Shown here: positions 28,068 through 40,303 of the stretch, one piece after another
Numbering within the stretch: the first letter of the stretch is position 1
How the letters are laid out: every line of letters begins with the position of its first letter
Assembly (NCBI RefSeq): GCF_004010195.1
Contig: NC_057718.1
Span: 30,262,045 to 30,326,044 of the forward strand
Source: Chiloscyllium plagiosum
Taxonomy: Eukaryota
Direction of reading: 5' to 3'
DNA length: 64,000 nucleotides
Made by a program: the position numbers and the translations under genes
Notes under the pieces: generated by a model
Databases searched by the model: none
The model's input: the letters and a program-made list of their open reading frames with translations, nothing else
What the model was told of the DNA's origin: nothing

Positions 28068-28915
28068 TGCTCGCTGAGCTGTAGGTTTGATATCCAGATG
28101 TTTCATTACCTGGTTAGGTAACATCATCAGTGCCGACCTCCAAGTAAAGCAAAGCTGTTGTCTCCTGCTTTCTATTTATATCTTTCTCCTGGATGGGGTT
28201 CCTGGGGTTTTGTGGTGATGTCATTTCCTGTTCGTTTTCCAAGGGGTTGATAGATGACATCTAGATCTATGTGTTTGTTTATGGCATTGTGGTTGGAGTG
28301 CCAGGCCTCTAGGAATTCTCTGACATGGCTTTGCTTAGCCTGTCCCAGGATAGATGTGTTGTCCCAGTCGAAATGGTGGTTTTTTCATCCATGTGTAGGG
28401 CTACGAGGGAGAGGGTCATGTCTTTTTGTGGCTAGCTGGTATTCATGTATCCTGGTGGCTAACTTTCTTCCTGTTTGTCCTANNNNNNNNNNNNNNNNNN
28501 NNNNNNNNNNNNNNNNNNNNNNNNNNNNNNNNNNNNNNNNNNNNNNNNNNNNNNNNNNNNNNNNNNNNNNNNNNNNNNNNNNNNNNNNNNNNNNNNNNNN
28601 NNNNNNNNNNNNNNNNNNNNNNNNNNNNNNNNNNNNNNNNNNNNNNNNNNNNNNNNNNNNNNNNNNNNNNNNNNNNNNNNNNNNNNNNNNGGAATAGTGT
28701 TCTGATACAGCTTTGTTTGTGTGTGTTGGGATGGTTGCTGGTGTAGTTAAGTATTTGGTCAGTGTTTGTCGGTTTTCTGTATACGCAGGTTTGTAGTTCT
28801 CCGTTGTCCTTTCTTTCGACTGTGATGTCCAAGAATGCGAGTTTGTTGTCGGTTTCTTCCTCCTTGGTGAGCTTTATGCCTGTGAGGGTGTTGTTGATTA
28901 TGTTTTTTGTTTCTT
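28068..28915 (-). mobile_element. Penelope-like element, 3' portion (RT thumb, interrupted by gap)
   Basis: FLDITVERKDNGELQTCVYRKPTNTDQILNYTSNHP is typical PLE RT; terminus carries a hammerhead-like motif. Confidence 0.85.
28483..28690. other. Assembly gap (208 N)
   Basis: Run of n. Confidence 1.
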
Positions 28916-28919
28916 ATAA

Positions 28920-29317
28920 AGAGGAAGCATGACTCAATAGATACCACCTCATTTACAAGATAATACATGGCTTGGAAAGGGTGGACACTAGGAAGTTGTT
29001 TCCGTTAGGCAAGGAGACTAGGACCCATGGACACAGCCTTAGAATTAGAGGGGGTAAATTCAGAACAGAAATGCGGAGACATTTCTTCAGCCAGAAAGTG
29101 GTGGGCCTGTGGAATTCATTGCCACAGTGCAGTGGAGGCTGGGACGCTAAATGTCTTCAAGGCAGAAATTGATAAATTCTTGATGTCACAAGGAATTAAG
29201 GGCTACAGGGAGAATGCGGGTAAGTGGAGTTGAAATGCCCATCAGCCATGATTGAATGGCGGAGTAGACCCGATGGGCCGAATGGCCTTACTTCCGCTCC
29301 TATGTCTTATGGTCTTA
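28920..29317 (+). mobile_element. CR1 LINE 3' end
   Basis: TRTHGHSL, FFSQKVVGLWNSLP; tail tatgtcttatggtctta. Confidence 0.88.
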
Positions 29318-30869
29318 TCCTTAATAATGCCCAATACTTTTACCTTGTGATTATCATAAAATAGCCTAGGTTTCCTTACATGTATTGTGTATAGTATTAT
29401 CTTGTTATAGATCATTAAAGTTTAAGCCAAATCTCTTTGTGATTAACTGACACAAGATTCTACATATTTTTTTTTAAAAAGCAAATGAATTGCATATAAA
29501 AAGAATTAAACAAATCAAGCACTATTAACTTAACACCATCGTTTGTAAACATTGCTAAAGGAAACAAGAAGTGAAAGCTTTGCATTCTGCACTCAACCAA
29601 ACAATGATGAAATAAGCGGACTCGAAAAAAGGAACACTCATTCTTTTGTAGCATGAAGAAAGGGTGCCAATTAATTTGGTCATTGTTGGTATGGAGATGC
29701 AGCAGCAGTAGAAGGTAACTGTCGATCTTAACTTTCAGGTCAGGGAGGAAAACTCTTGCTTGGTCAGGATGTTTTAATGGGAATGGAGCAGAATTTGACA
29801 GTTTCCGTGATCTCTTTTAAAATGGTGCAAAATAGGTACGAATTTGTTTTGCCAACATGAAACCAGGCTCTAGTATAAAATTGTATTAATTTGTAGCAGA
29901 TGCAAGTATATCACACTGGTAACCATAAACTGACTTCCAGTATAATTTTCAGCAGAGTCTGGATTAGTTAATAAGCCTCAGAACATTATGTTGAGTATTA
30001 AATATGATCTGTTATTCAATAATCCTAATTGCTTTGTACCTCATGGTCCTGTGTCATTTCTTCCAAAATATGAAATTGGTAAATAATCCAGCCTCACCTC
30101 TTATGAATTCCAAATTGAGCTTGAGCCTCAAACTAGTTTCCAAGAAGTGAATAATAATGTTAATACTTTCTCCAGTTATGTGCAAGTCTGACATTGATCT
30201 TCTTTGTCTCTCCCAACTCTACTGCATTCTACACACAACCAAAACTGTAGTTTGCCCTCTGTGAAAAAACATTCCAATAATAGAATCAACACAACCTACT
30301 AGCCCCACATCCCATCTCTGCGACAATTCAGCATATTTTGGAATATTCTCAAAGTCAAGTGCAAATTAATTATTTGGGCCAGGCAGTTAAGAGTTATCAA
30401 GAATACAGACATCTTTTCATCTTTCAGGATACATGCCATTGACCTTTAAATTGAAGAGGCTATGATCACTGATTAGTTGGCATAGATCAAGTGGAACTCT
30501 TTCCTGTTACTAAATTCAGCTGCATTATAACCCTGTACAGATGCATGTGATATGGATGTGTGACTCCTCACGCAGAGTAACCTATTAGGACCACCATAAT
30601 GTAAAGTGTCAATGAACACCAAAGCAGAGTGAAGTGAAAGTGTGTTCAGAGTTAGTCCAAGATCAGTAATAATATGATGAGGCTGGTGTTTTGCTGATGC
30701 AGACTTCTGTGCATGGAAAATGGAGGCATTTGCTGTCCATACAGTCTGTTGGGGAATGAACCTGAACACAGATCCCGAGAAGCTAATTTTCAACTTAAAG
30801 AAAAGGCTAAATTCCAAACTTTCAAATTGACAGTTAAGTCCAATAAATAACTATTACATCACATCTTAC

Positions 30870-31076
30870 CATGCTTGGTGCTTTTAAGTAAGTCACTTTA
30901 TAGTCCCTTATATTTGTTGTTTTAAATCCATTTTCTTGAATATGGAGCTCATTATCTTCTATTGAATACAGAAGCCTCATTGGTGGCTGTACTGGAGAGG
31001 ACAGTCGAAAGGAAAACTTGTTTGTCTCATACTTTAGATTATCCTCAGACTCAATGACACAGGCCCAAGATGGGAG
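30870..31076 (-). CDS. PREPL: PREPL coding exon 8 (LPSWAC...LSSPVQPP...KAPSM)
   Basis: Acceptor tttcattag, donor ATG|GTAAGA, 207 nt open. Confidence 0.93.
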
Positions 31077-32711
31077 CTAATGAAATAAAAGGTATTGTTT
31101 AAATGCAACTACTCCTCCCAAGGTTGGTCCTAACATAATGTTTTGCACCAAGTAACAAAATAATTTGACTCCTTTGCATCAGCTGGTTCTGATATTAACA
31201 TTATTGTAATTAATCAACATTTTTTCTATTTGGTGTAAATAACATCAGACCAAGTCATACAATTCATGCCACAAAAGTCATCTGGTTTGAAGTTTTGATA
31301 CAGATTCAGATGTCCCTTAGCAGATATTGCTCAAGAGATTGCAACATGGTTCACAGCATTAGTAATGAGGCAGAATAGTTGTGGCAACCAAGAAACAAAT
31401 GCCATTAGCTCAGGAATTGATACGAATATGGATATATCCTGTATTTTTCCTTTAAGAGAAATAACTTTAAAAATAAATTAATTAGATTTTAACTATCATG
31501 CATATAACCTATAATGTAAATGAAATTTAAACATTTGTGAAAACATCAGCTGTAATGCTAAGCCACACAGAAAGAACTAGAAAATCCCAGCCATTGTCAA
31601 GTCTATTTTCAAATTTATCACTTACTTGAACAAATATTCCCAATCAACTTTAATATATTTTTGTATCCTTTTAGCTGCTTATCCTTCACCCACCTGACTA
31701 ATCTTAAGTAATCTCTACCATTAACCTCAAAAGTGATTTAAGAACCTCACAAAAACTCTACATTACTCTTGCTCTCAATTCTAAATTGCTTGAGTTTAAT
31801 TTTAAACCTGTGACTCCTGGTTTTGGATTCTTTAACAACTGACAGCCTTCTACTTTTATCTGTTTTGTTCAATCAATCATTTCTTGAACTTATAAAATTT
31901 CTATCATATTGTCATCATTAGCATTGAACTAGTGAAAATGGCACCAATTTTCCAAGTCTTTATTGTTATTTATATTTGTTCGTATCAGGCAACACCATAA
32001 TGTAACTACATTATCTCTAAAGATTCAAAATTCTTTATTGCAGAAGTCAATAGGACAAATAATACCATACCATTGAATTAGATGTTTATACAGGGTAATC
32101 ACTACCCCATGATTTTTATATTTTATTCCTCCACAGATAAACTGCCAACTCCATCAGATTTTGCTTTGGTCTCATCAAGTTACAATGCCAAATCTCCCAA
32201 GGAGCTTGGACACTCAAATTCCTTTGCCCTTTCACACACCTTCCAGACTGAAATACTGGCTGTGATTTTCTAGACAATTTCTAGATACACTTTTTTTGTC
32301 ATTACTACATTTTGTAGCAATTGCCATGCATGGTATTTTGCACAAAGATACTGAAAATGCTTTTTCCCTTTGTCAGCAACCACTCATTAAGAAATTAGCA
32401 GAAATATCAGTTTTCAGACAAATGATCCCATTAGGTCAGTAATTACTGGCCATTATTTTAGGATTTCATCCCTGAGAATCCCACTTAGTGACGAGAGGAA
32501 GCTGCAAAAACAAGAATAAGTAATTTAAAAAACAAATTGCTGACGAACACCACCATGCTTCAGAATTTGTTACAACTACATATTTATTTCACACTTGCTA
32601 GCCACATTGAAGCCCTTACAGTTCACTAACAAGTTCTCACTACTGAAGAGTAAGTGTTGTGCACAGCACAATAACATAATGGGTCAAAAATACTGGGAAT
32701 TCCCCACGTAC

Positions 32712-32900
32712 CTGGATGCACTTAACAGTTCTCGGCTCATCAAGGGAAAACACATGCAGATATAAGTGATCGGAGTACTTCAATATCATAATGCAGTGAT
32801 CCTTGAACAGTTCCATATCAAGTAATTTTGTTCTCTCTTTTACTTCATAAACAGTCTGCCAGCTCTTCATGCCAGGGGAAGAAATTGGTGCTTTCATCAG
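32712..32900 (-). CDS. PREPL: PREPL coding exon 7 (LMKAPISSPG...VKCIQ)
   Basis: Poly-T acceptor, donor CAG|GTACGT, 189 nt; overlaps ORF 32640..32897. Confidence 0.93.
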
Positions 32901-33236
32901 CTAAAAAAAAAATTCAAAGAATCTAGTGCTTTGCAAGAATTCGCTCAACAACCTAACTGTTTTATTGTTACGATTGAAGCTGGAGCACCATTATTCTACT
33001 CCCATTCTTCTGAGAGTTGCAACATAAAATAAAAATATAGTTTCTCCAGTTACCAAGATAATCAACACTTATCAATATCAGGTTTTAAGCAAAAAAGATC
33101 TGCTAATCAGGTTCCTTAATAAACACAATTATGGGACTGTCAAAACAAAACTTATTAAAGATACAATATTTGGTTATCACACAAGTTCAGTATTAAATAA
33201 GTATAAATACAGTCCATTTAAAAATCCCCAAAACAC

Positions 33237-35794
33237 GGGGGATCCAAGATGGTGGCCACCTGAGAAGATCTCACTGCAGAGCTCTGCATTGCAGCACAAG
33301 CTGGACGAACCTTTAACCCGCCCAACCCAGGCCATCGCGATATCTTGGGACTCTGAAAAAATCGTGGAGTCTCAAGAAACTTCTAAAAATTAACTTACCT
33401 ATGTTTCTAGCTGTCCAGAGATGCTGAAAAAGGGAGGAGGAGCATCAGAGACTGGGACTGTAGTTCAGCCTGCAGTATTCTCGAAGTCGGTTACTTTCCA
33501 GGCCCTGGTGAACGAGTTCACGAAATCTCTCTAAGACTGTTGCGTTAAGGCTGGAGACCGTGTTACCTTCTATTATTAAAGAGGATCAGGTGGGCTTTAT
33601 AAAGGGTCGCAGATCCTCCAAAACTGTTATGAGGCTGCTTAATGTAATTCAAGCAAGCCAACAGCAGTCAATACAGGGATTGGCGATTTCTCTAGATGCA
33701 GAGAAGGCACTTGACCCAGTTGAGTGGCCGTATCTTTTCTATAGAGCAGTTTGGTTTGGGCGAAGTCTTCATGAGATGGGTAAAGGTTCTCTATGGTGGC
33801 CCTCTCGCAGCGGTTACCACCAATGGAGTACGATCAAAGCAATTTTAATATTTTTTAGGGGCAGCCAGCAGGGCTGTCCCCTTTTACCATTGTTTTTTAC
33901 GTTGGTAATTGAACTATTGGTGGAGGCTATTCGTGTGGATCCCAATATACCAGCTCCAAAAGTGGGGTCAAAATTACATAAGATTTTATTGTATGCAGAT
34001 GATGTCCTAATTTTTTTGACCCCAGCAGTTTCAGTGCCTCGCCTGATACAACGCATTTGTGCGTTTGCTGCTTTTTTGGGGTACAAGATTAATTTCGCGA
34101 AATCAGAGGCTATGCCTCACGAAGAAGAGCGACTATAGATTCCCATTTAGATGGTCACAGGGGAGTTTTGTGTATTTGGGCATATTCATTACTCCAGTTC
34201 TGGATCGGCTGTTCAAAGCCAATTTTATCCAATTATTTGGAAAAAATTAAACAAGATCTTCAAAGATGGGAGGCACTTTCAGTCTCGTAGTTGGGTCGGA
34301 TAGCGCTTAATATGAATATTCTCCCTTGTTTGCGATACCCTATACGGATGCTCCCCCTGATTTTCAATAAGCAAATACTCAGGAGGCTGAACAGGTGGTT
34401 CAGCTCCTTTATTTGGCATCGTAAACGGCCCCTCATTAAATTAGCCAAAATGCAACTGCCTCACAGATTAGGGGGGAAATAGACCTTCCAGACATTAAAA
34501 ATTACCAATTAAGCTCATTTTTGACCTATGCGAGTGATTGGGTTTGTGGGGATCCTCTTTCAATATGGTTAGATATCGATGCCTTCCAGGCAAGGTGCCC
34601 CTTACCAGTTTGCTGTTTTTGGACAAAATGAGGACAGTTAGGGAATAATACCATAACCCAATAGTCATCAATACTGTTAAAGCATGGAGGGCAATTCGGC
34701 AGATGGAAGGCAATATTGGCAAAACATCTTTGTTCACACCTTTAGTGGGTATGCCGGGTTTTCAACCGGAGATGATTGATCGGAGAGGATTTAAACGTTG
34801 TGCAGCTAGGGGTGTGTCTTACATGGGCAATTTATTTGAGGGGGACGTAGCAATTCCTTCGATCCGTTAGTACGGAAGTACGAGTTATCTAATAGAGATC
34901 TCTTTTGTTTTGTTCAAGTTAGGGATTTTATTCAAAAGAAAAAACACACTTTTGACTGATCCCTGCAAATCTGACATAGAGGGGGGGGTGCCCCCTCAGA
35001 TGAATTTGATCAACTCTGCAGGATGTGGGAGAGAGAGCTAAGTGTTGAAGTCTCCTCAGAAGAATGGGAGGATATTTGGGTATCTTCAGCATGTCCCAAA
35101 TACAAGGTCTGCACGAGCACTTTTACCCATTGTCTTTGGTCTTGCGATAGGCTTCAAACATATCGGAGTGCTATAGCGGGCGCAATGGAAGGATTTTGGG
35201 TGTAAAGGTGAAGAAGGACCCTATCTCTCCCCTTTTGGGCCTGCCCACTGTATTTCCTGCAGACGCACATAAGAAAAAAAACTCTTCAATATTCTCATGT
35301 TCTGTGCAAGAAAAAATGTTTTGCTCGATTGGATATCCGAAAACCCCCCAGGCATGTCGGGTTGGCGCAAGATTGTTATGGAGCATATTACCCTGGATTT
35401 TCTCTGGACAAATATGGTACACCTCAAAACTGAGAATTTTTATAATACATGGCAGCCCTTTTTGGAATAAATTGTCACAGATTTATCTACCACACAAGGG
35501 CTTTTATACAGCCATAACGATTGTGTATTAAGAGTCCAATATCCAGGGAGGAGGAACTGCGAACATATGAGCGTTTTGTTTGGCTGGGCTGAGTTATTAC
35601 TATTTATTGGTTTATTGCTGGTTATTTAGTTAAATAGCCAGTTTGGGGTTTTTAAAAATTCTATATTTTTCTATATATGTTTATACATTTGTACATGAGA
35701 GGTTGGGGTTTTTTTTGTGCTGTTTTGAATTATATTGTTTTGTACTTGTAATACTAAAAAAAAAATCTATTTTTCAATAAAAAATAGATTTTTT
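33237..35794 (+). mobile_element. L1-clade LINE with both termini, internally deleted, 16-bp TSD
   Basis: G-run and caagatggtggc at the 5' end; IIKEDQVGFIKGR, SLDAEKA, GSQQGCPLLP, LYADD; AATAAA at 35776; TSD aaaatccccaaaacac at 33221-33236 and 35795-35810. Confidence 0.9.
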
Positions 35795-36663
35795 AAAATC
35801 CCCAAAACACAAACAAATACACACATACACACTCTCTACAGGAAAATACATATTTCTCTGCAGAAAATCGGCTTTCTGAAAAGACATCACTTTGGCTAAT
35901 AGCTAATTCTTTAAAGCATAAAGGATGAATCATAGGATGTTGTTTAGTGCATTGCTCTGAAATGTGTGGTCAAGTCACTAATTATGCTCAGTTGTATCTG
36001 AAGTCTGGCAGACATAGCTTGTTCAGGAATTACAAACTTGAGATGATCTTTCAAACACTTTCAAGTAGAACAAATAGGTGTCAATAATAGATCAGATGAG
36101 CAAAGTGTTCACAGCTGACTTCCCTCCACCTTAGCTTGCTTGTAATAGACTTGAGGGGTCCTGTGGTGCAGTGGTAGTGTTCCTATCTTTGAGCTAGAAA
36201 GCCTGCTCATCTGCTCCAGAGGACTGCCATTAAAAAGAAGCTTTCGGTGGCCTCTTTTCAAGAAGCACTCCAGGCATGTCTACAAAATTTGAAATATACA
36301 CCTTTTTCCACAATCCTTGGAAAGTGCTCTGATATAAAATATAAAGCATTGTCATAACAATATCCACTAGTGCTAGAAGAGAAGGTACAATTTAGGAATT
36401 TCTGTGCAGGTTGCACATGCTTTGTCATTATGTAAGCCATTGGTCAGAAAAGTATGTGCTGTAAATGTTCAAAGACCTGATGTTTTCTCAAGTCAAAGAT
36501 GGAGCAGGGAAATTGGATCAGTTGGTTACTGTACAGAGAACTAACATGCCCTTATGGGCCAAATGGCACTAAGCTCTGACAGGAGCACAATAAATAATCT
36601 TAACCTCTTTAATAAAGTCAACAAATATTTTAGAAGAAATTTGTTTCTTTAAAGATTTACTTT

Positions 36664-36964
36664 TAGATTAGATTACATTACAGTGTGGAAACAGGCCCGT
36701 CGGCCCAACAAGTCCACACCGATCCGCAACCCACCCATACCCCTACATTTACCCCTACCTAACACTACAGGCAATTTAGCATGGCCAATTCAACTTACCT
36801 GCACATCTTTGGACTGTGGGAGGAAACCGGAGCACCCAGAGGAAACCCACGCAGACACGGGGAGAATGTGCAAACTCCACACAGTCAGTCATCTGAGGCG
36901 GGAATTGAACCCAGGTCCCTGGCGCAGTGAGGCAGCAGCGCTAACCACTGTGCCACCATGCAGC
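36664..36964 (-). mobile_element. Young HE1/V-SINE-type SINE
   Basis: Close match to 39362-39685; (aatct)n tail. Confidence 0.9.
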
Positions 36965-37042
36965 TCACGGTGTTTTTTGTTTGTCATTTTATTCCATTGA
37001 TAGGAGTTTACTTAATTCCCCCATTCTCCTTCTGTATTCCTC

Positions 37043-37970
37043 GAGGAGAAAGTGAGGTCTGCAGACGCTGGAGATCAAAGCTGAAACTTTATTGCTGGAA
37101 CAGCACAGCAGGTCAGGCAGCATCTAGGGAACAGAAGACTCGACGTTTCGGGCACATGCCCTTCTTCAGGAATGAGCAGAGAGTGTTCAGCAGGAGAAGC
37201 TAAAAGGTAGGGAGGAGGGACTTGGAGGAGGGGCGTTGGAAATGTGATAGGTGGAAAGAGGTCAAGGTGAGGGTGATAGGTCGGAGTAGGGTGGAGGTTG
37301 GGTTGGTTCGTCCGGGTGGCCCAGAGGTGCTCTCTGAATCGCTCCGCAAGTAGGCTGCCTGTCTCCCCAATATAGAGGAGGCCACACCGGCTGCAGCGGA
37401 TGCAGTAGATGATGTGGGTGGAGGTGCAGGTGAATCTGTGGCGGATATGGAAGTTTCCCTTGGGGCCTTGGAGAGAAGTGAGGGGGGAGGTGTGGGCGCA
37501 AGTGTTGCACCTCCTGCGGTTGCAAGGGAAGGTGCCGGGAGTGGAGGTTGGGTCGGTGGGGGGTGTGGATCTGACAAGGGAGTCGCGGAGGGAGTGGTCT
37601 CTACGGAAAGCTGATAGGGGAGGGGAGGGAAATATATCCTTGGTGGTGGGGTCCGTTTGGAGGTGGCGGAAGTGACGGCGGATGATGCGCTGTACATGGA
37701 GATTGGTGGGGTGGTAGGTGAGGACCAGTGGGGTTCTGTCCTGGTGGCGGTTGGAGGGGCGGGGCTCAAGGGCGGAGGAGCGGGAAGTGGAGGAGATGCG
37801 GTGGAGGGCATCGTCGATCACGTCAGGGGGGAAATTGCGGTCCTTGAAGAAGGAGGCCGTCTGTGTTGTGCGTATTTTGAACTGGTCCTCCTGGGAGCAG
37901 ATGCGGCGGAGACGAAGGAATTGGGAGAATGGGATGGCGTTTTTACAGGGGGCGGGGTGGGAGGAGGTGT
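37043..37970 (-). mobile_element. Penelope-like element 3' part with GIY-YIG endonuclease
   Basis: ORF 37075..37821: IIYCIRCSRCGLLYIGETG...RFREH. Confidence 0.92.
37138..37173 (-). ncRNA. Minimal type I hammerhead ribozyme motif (PLE family A), intact
   Basis: auuc-CUGAAGA-a-GGGC-augu-GCCC-GAAA-C-GUC-gagu: full core, 4-bp stem II, 4-bp stem I, ACGU palindrome. Confidence 0.75.
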
Positions 37971-38266
37971 GAGAGCAATCTTCAGCTGAACTAATTTACT
38001 CAACTGAGTTGTCAGGTGATTCGTATGAGGGCTTTCACCAATGACAGCTCTATTCTGTAAAATACTATAATTGAAATTGGGAACAGAATTCATTCAATCC
38101 AGATGTGTGCAGACCAATATTGATTAACAGCAGACCAACATGGTGTGAAGTCACCCTTTAATCACAAGTCATAAATTATGATTTGGAGATGCCGGTGTTG
38201 GACTGGGGTGTACAAAGTTAAAAATCACACAACACCAGGTTATAGTCCAACACATTTAGTTAGAAG

Positions 38267-38301
38267 CACTAGCTTTCGGAGCACTGCTCCTTCATCAGGT
38301 G
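38267..38301 (-). ncRNA. Minimal type I hammerhead ribozyme motif (PLE family B), intact
   Basis: cac-CUGAUGA-a-GGAGC-agu-GCUCC-GAAA-G-CUA-gug: 5-bp stem II, 3-bp stem I, AGCU palindrome. Confidence 0.72.
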
Positions 38302-38543
38302 GTTGTGGAGAATAAGATTGTAAGACACAGAATTTATAGCAAAAGTTTACAGTGTGATATGATATATTATGAGAAATTATATGTTGAAAAAGACCCGGAT
38401 TGTTTGTTAAGTCTCTCATCTTTTAGAATGACCATGTTGGTTTCAGTTCTTTCATATGTAAATCACAAAGGCTTTTTAAAAAGTTTCGTTCTCAAGCGAA
38501 CTTTAACAATTGGTCAGGCAGGTAGAAGTGGGTACTGCAGGTG

Positions 38544-38635
38544 CTGATGAAGGGCTTTTGCCTGAAACGTCGATTTTCCTGCTCCTCAGATGCTGCCTGA
38601 CCTGCTGTGCATTTCCAGCACCACTCTAATCTTGA
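38544..38635 (+). mobile_element. Short PLE family A 3' end beginning at the hammerhead core
   Basis: CTGATGA-a-GGGC-tttt-GCCT-GAAACGTC followed by the PLE tail; stem I 5' strand missing. Confidence 0.75.
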
Positions 38636-39361
38636 CTTTAACAGTTGGTGTCATGTCGACCCAGGTAATGTATTGAAGGTGCGAGCTGCCCTGTGTGATG
38701 CTGTCTGTGCCACAATGGTCAGATTGATTTCTAATCTAAAAAAACGGATCATTGGCGAGACCAAGCAGAGGCTACGGCAACGGATGAATGGACACCACGC
38801 AACAATCAACACACAGGAGTGTTTCCTCCCAGTCCGAGAACACTTCAGCAGTCTGGGACATTCAACCTTGGACCTTCGGGTGACCGTCCTACAAGGCGGA
38901 CTTCGGGACAGGCAACAACGAAAAGTGGCCAAGCAGAGGCTGATAGCCAAGTTCGGTACCCAAACGTATGGCCTCAACTGGGACCTTGGATTCATGTCAC
39001 ACTACAGGTGATCCCATTGCACTATACACACACACACTCACGCAGACCTTCTCTCATATGCTCACACCCTCTCACAGACTTTACCCCTTTACACTCACAC
39101 ACACTCTCTCACAGACACTCATACTCCACCCTCCCCGAACACACATGCACACATACACATATATGCATGTGGGGTGAACTTGTACTTGCAGAATTACATT
39201 TTACTTTGCTTAAAAACTGCATGAATCCATGTAAAATTCTGTAAATCAATTTTTTAGATTAGAATCAGTCTGACCATTGTGGCATGGACAGACAGTCTCA
39301 CACAGGGCAGCTCACACCTTGAATGCATTATCTGGGCTGACATAACACCAATTGTTAAAGT

Positions 39362-39685
39362 GGACGGCACGGTGGCACAGTGGTTAGCACTGCTACCTTG
39401 CAGCGCTAGAGACCCGGGTTCAATTCCCACCTCAGGCGACTGACTGTGTGGAGTTTGCACGTTCTTCCCGTGTCTGCCTGGGTTTCCTCCAGGTGCTCCG
39501 GTTTCCTCCCACAGTCCAAAGATGTGCAGGTCAGGTGAATTGGCCATGCTAAATTGCCCGTAGTGTTAGGTAAAGGGTAAATGTAGGGGTATGGGTGGGT
39601 TGCGCTTCGGCGGGTCAGTGTGGACTTGTTGGGCCGAAGGGCCTGTTTCCACACTGTAATGTAATGTAATGTAATCTAATCTAAT
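39362..39685 (+). mobile_element. Young HE1/V-SINE-type SINE nested in the Penelope element
   Basis: A box tggcacagtggttagc, B box ggttcaattcc, V-core, (taatg/taatc)n tail. Confidence 0.92.
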
Positions 39686-40008
39686 TCACTTGAGAACGTA
39701 ACTTCTAAAAAAAATGTTTTGTGATTTACCTGTGAAAGAACTGAAACCAACATGGTCATTCTAAAAGATGAGAGACTTAACAAACAATCCAAGTCTTTTT
39801 TAATATATAATTTCAGTTACATCACACTGTAAACCTTTGCTATAAATTCTGTGTCTTACATTCTTATTCTCCACAACCACCTGATGAAGCAGCACTATGA
39901 AAGCTAGTGCTTCCAAATAAACCTATTGGATTATAACCTGGTGTTGTGTGATTTTTAACAGTAAGTTGATAGTTATTGATCTGTAGCTTACATTTCTTTA
40001 AAACTTAC

Positions 40009-40225
40009 TCTGTATTCTTCTGTCGCACCATAATTTGTCAGAATATATAGCTGATTTCTCTGGTGTTCCACAAGATATACTACACCAGAGACCCGTTCTT
40101 GCACAATCCTGGGGTTATTTTGTGGATACATCCGATCAAATAACCAGACCTCTGAGCTATTCTTGCTGTTACTATTGATAGTGATAAACCTCCCATCCTT
40201 GGTGCTAGCCAGTTCGACAAAAAAC
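40009..40225 (-). CDS. PREPL: PREPL coding exon 6 (FFVELASTKDGRFITINSNSKNSSEVWL...EEYR)
   Basis: Acceptor tttctag, donor AGA|GTAAGT, 217 nt, phase 2/0. Confidence 0.94.
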
Positions 40226-40303
40226 CTAGAAACATCAACACAAAGAGCAGAAGGAACGCTTAAAATAATTTGCTGGTTATTCTGTTGAGATTGGATTAAT
40301 TCA

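Larger units (their letters stand above)
38185..39959 (+). mobile_element. Penelope-like element with inverted terminal repeat and nested insertions
   Basis: GIY-YIG C-part IGETKQRLRQRMNGH (38750-39010); 38216-38512 is the reverse complement of 39350-39959 once the SINE is removed. Confidence 0.88.

Noticed and set aside
28254..28832. ORFs with long X runs
   Set aside because: Artefacts of the 208-N gap inside a Penelope element.
37200..37989. Pro- or Gly-rich ORFs in several frames
   Set aside because: Alternative frames of the GC-skewed Penelope GIY-YIG region.
39362..39435. tRNA gene
   Set aside because: A and B boxes run directly into a SINE body and tail; this is a SINE head.
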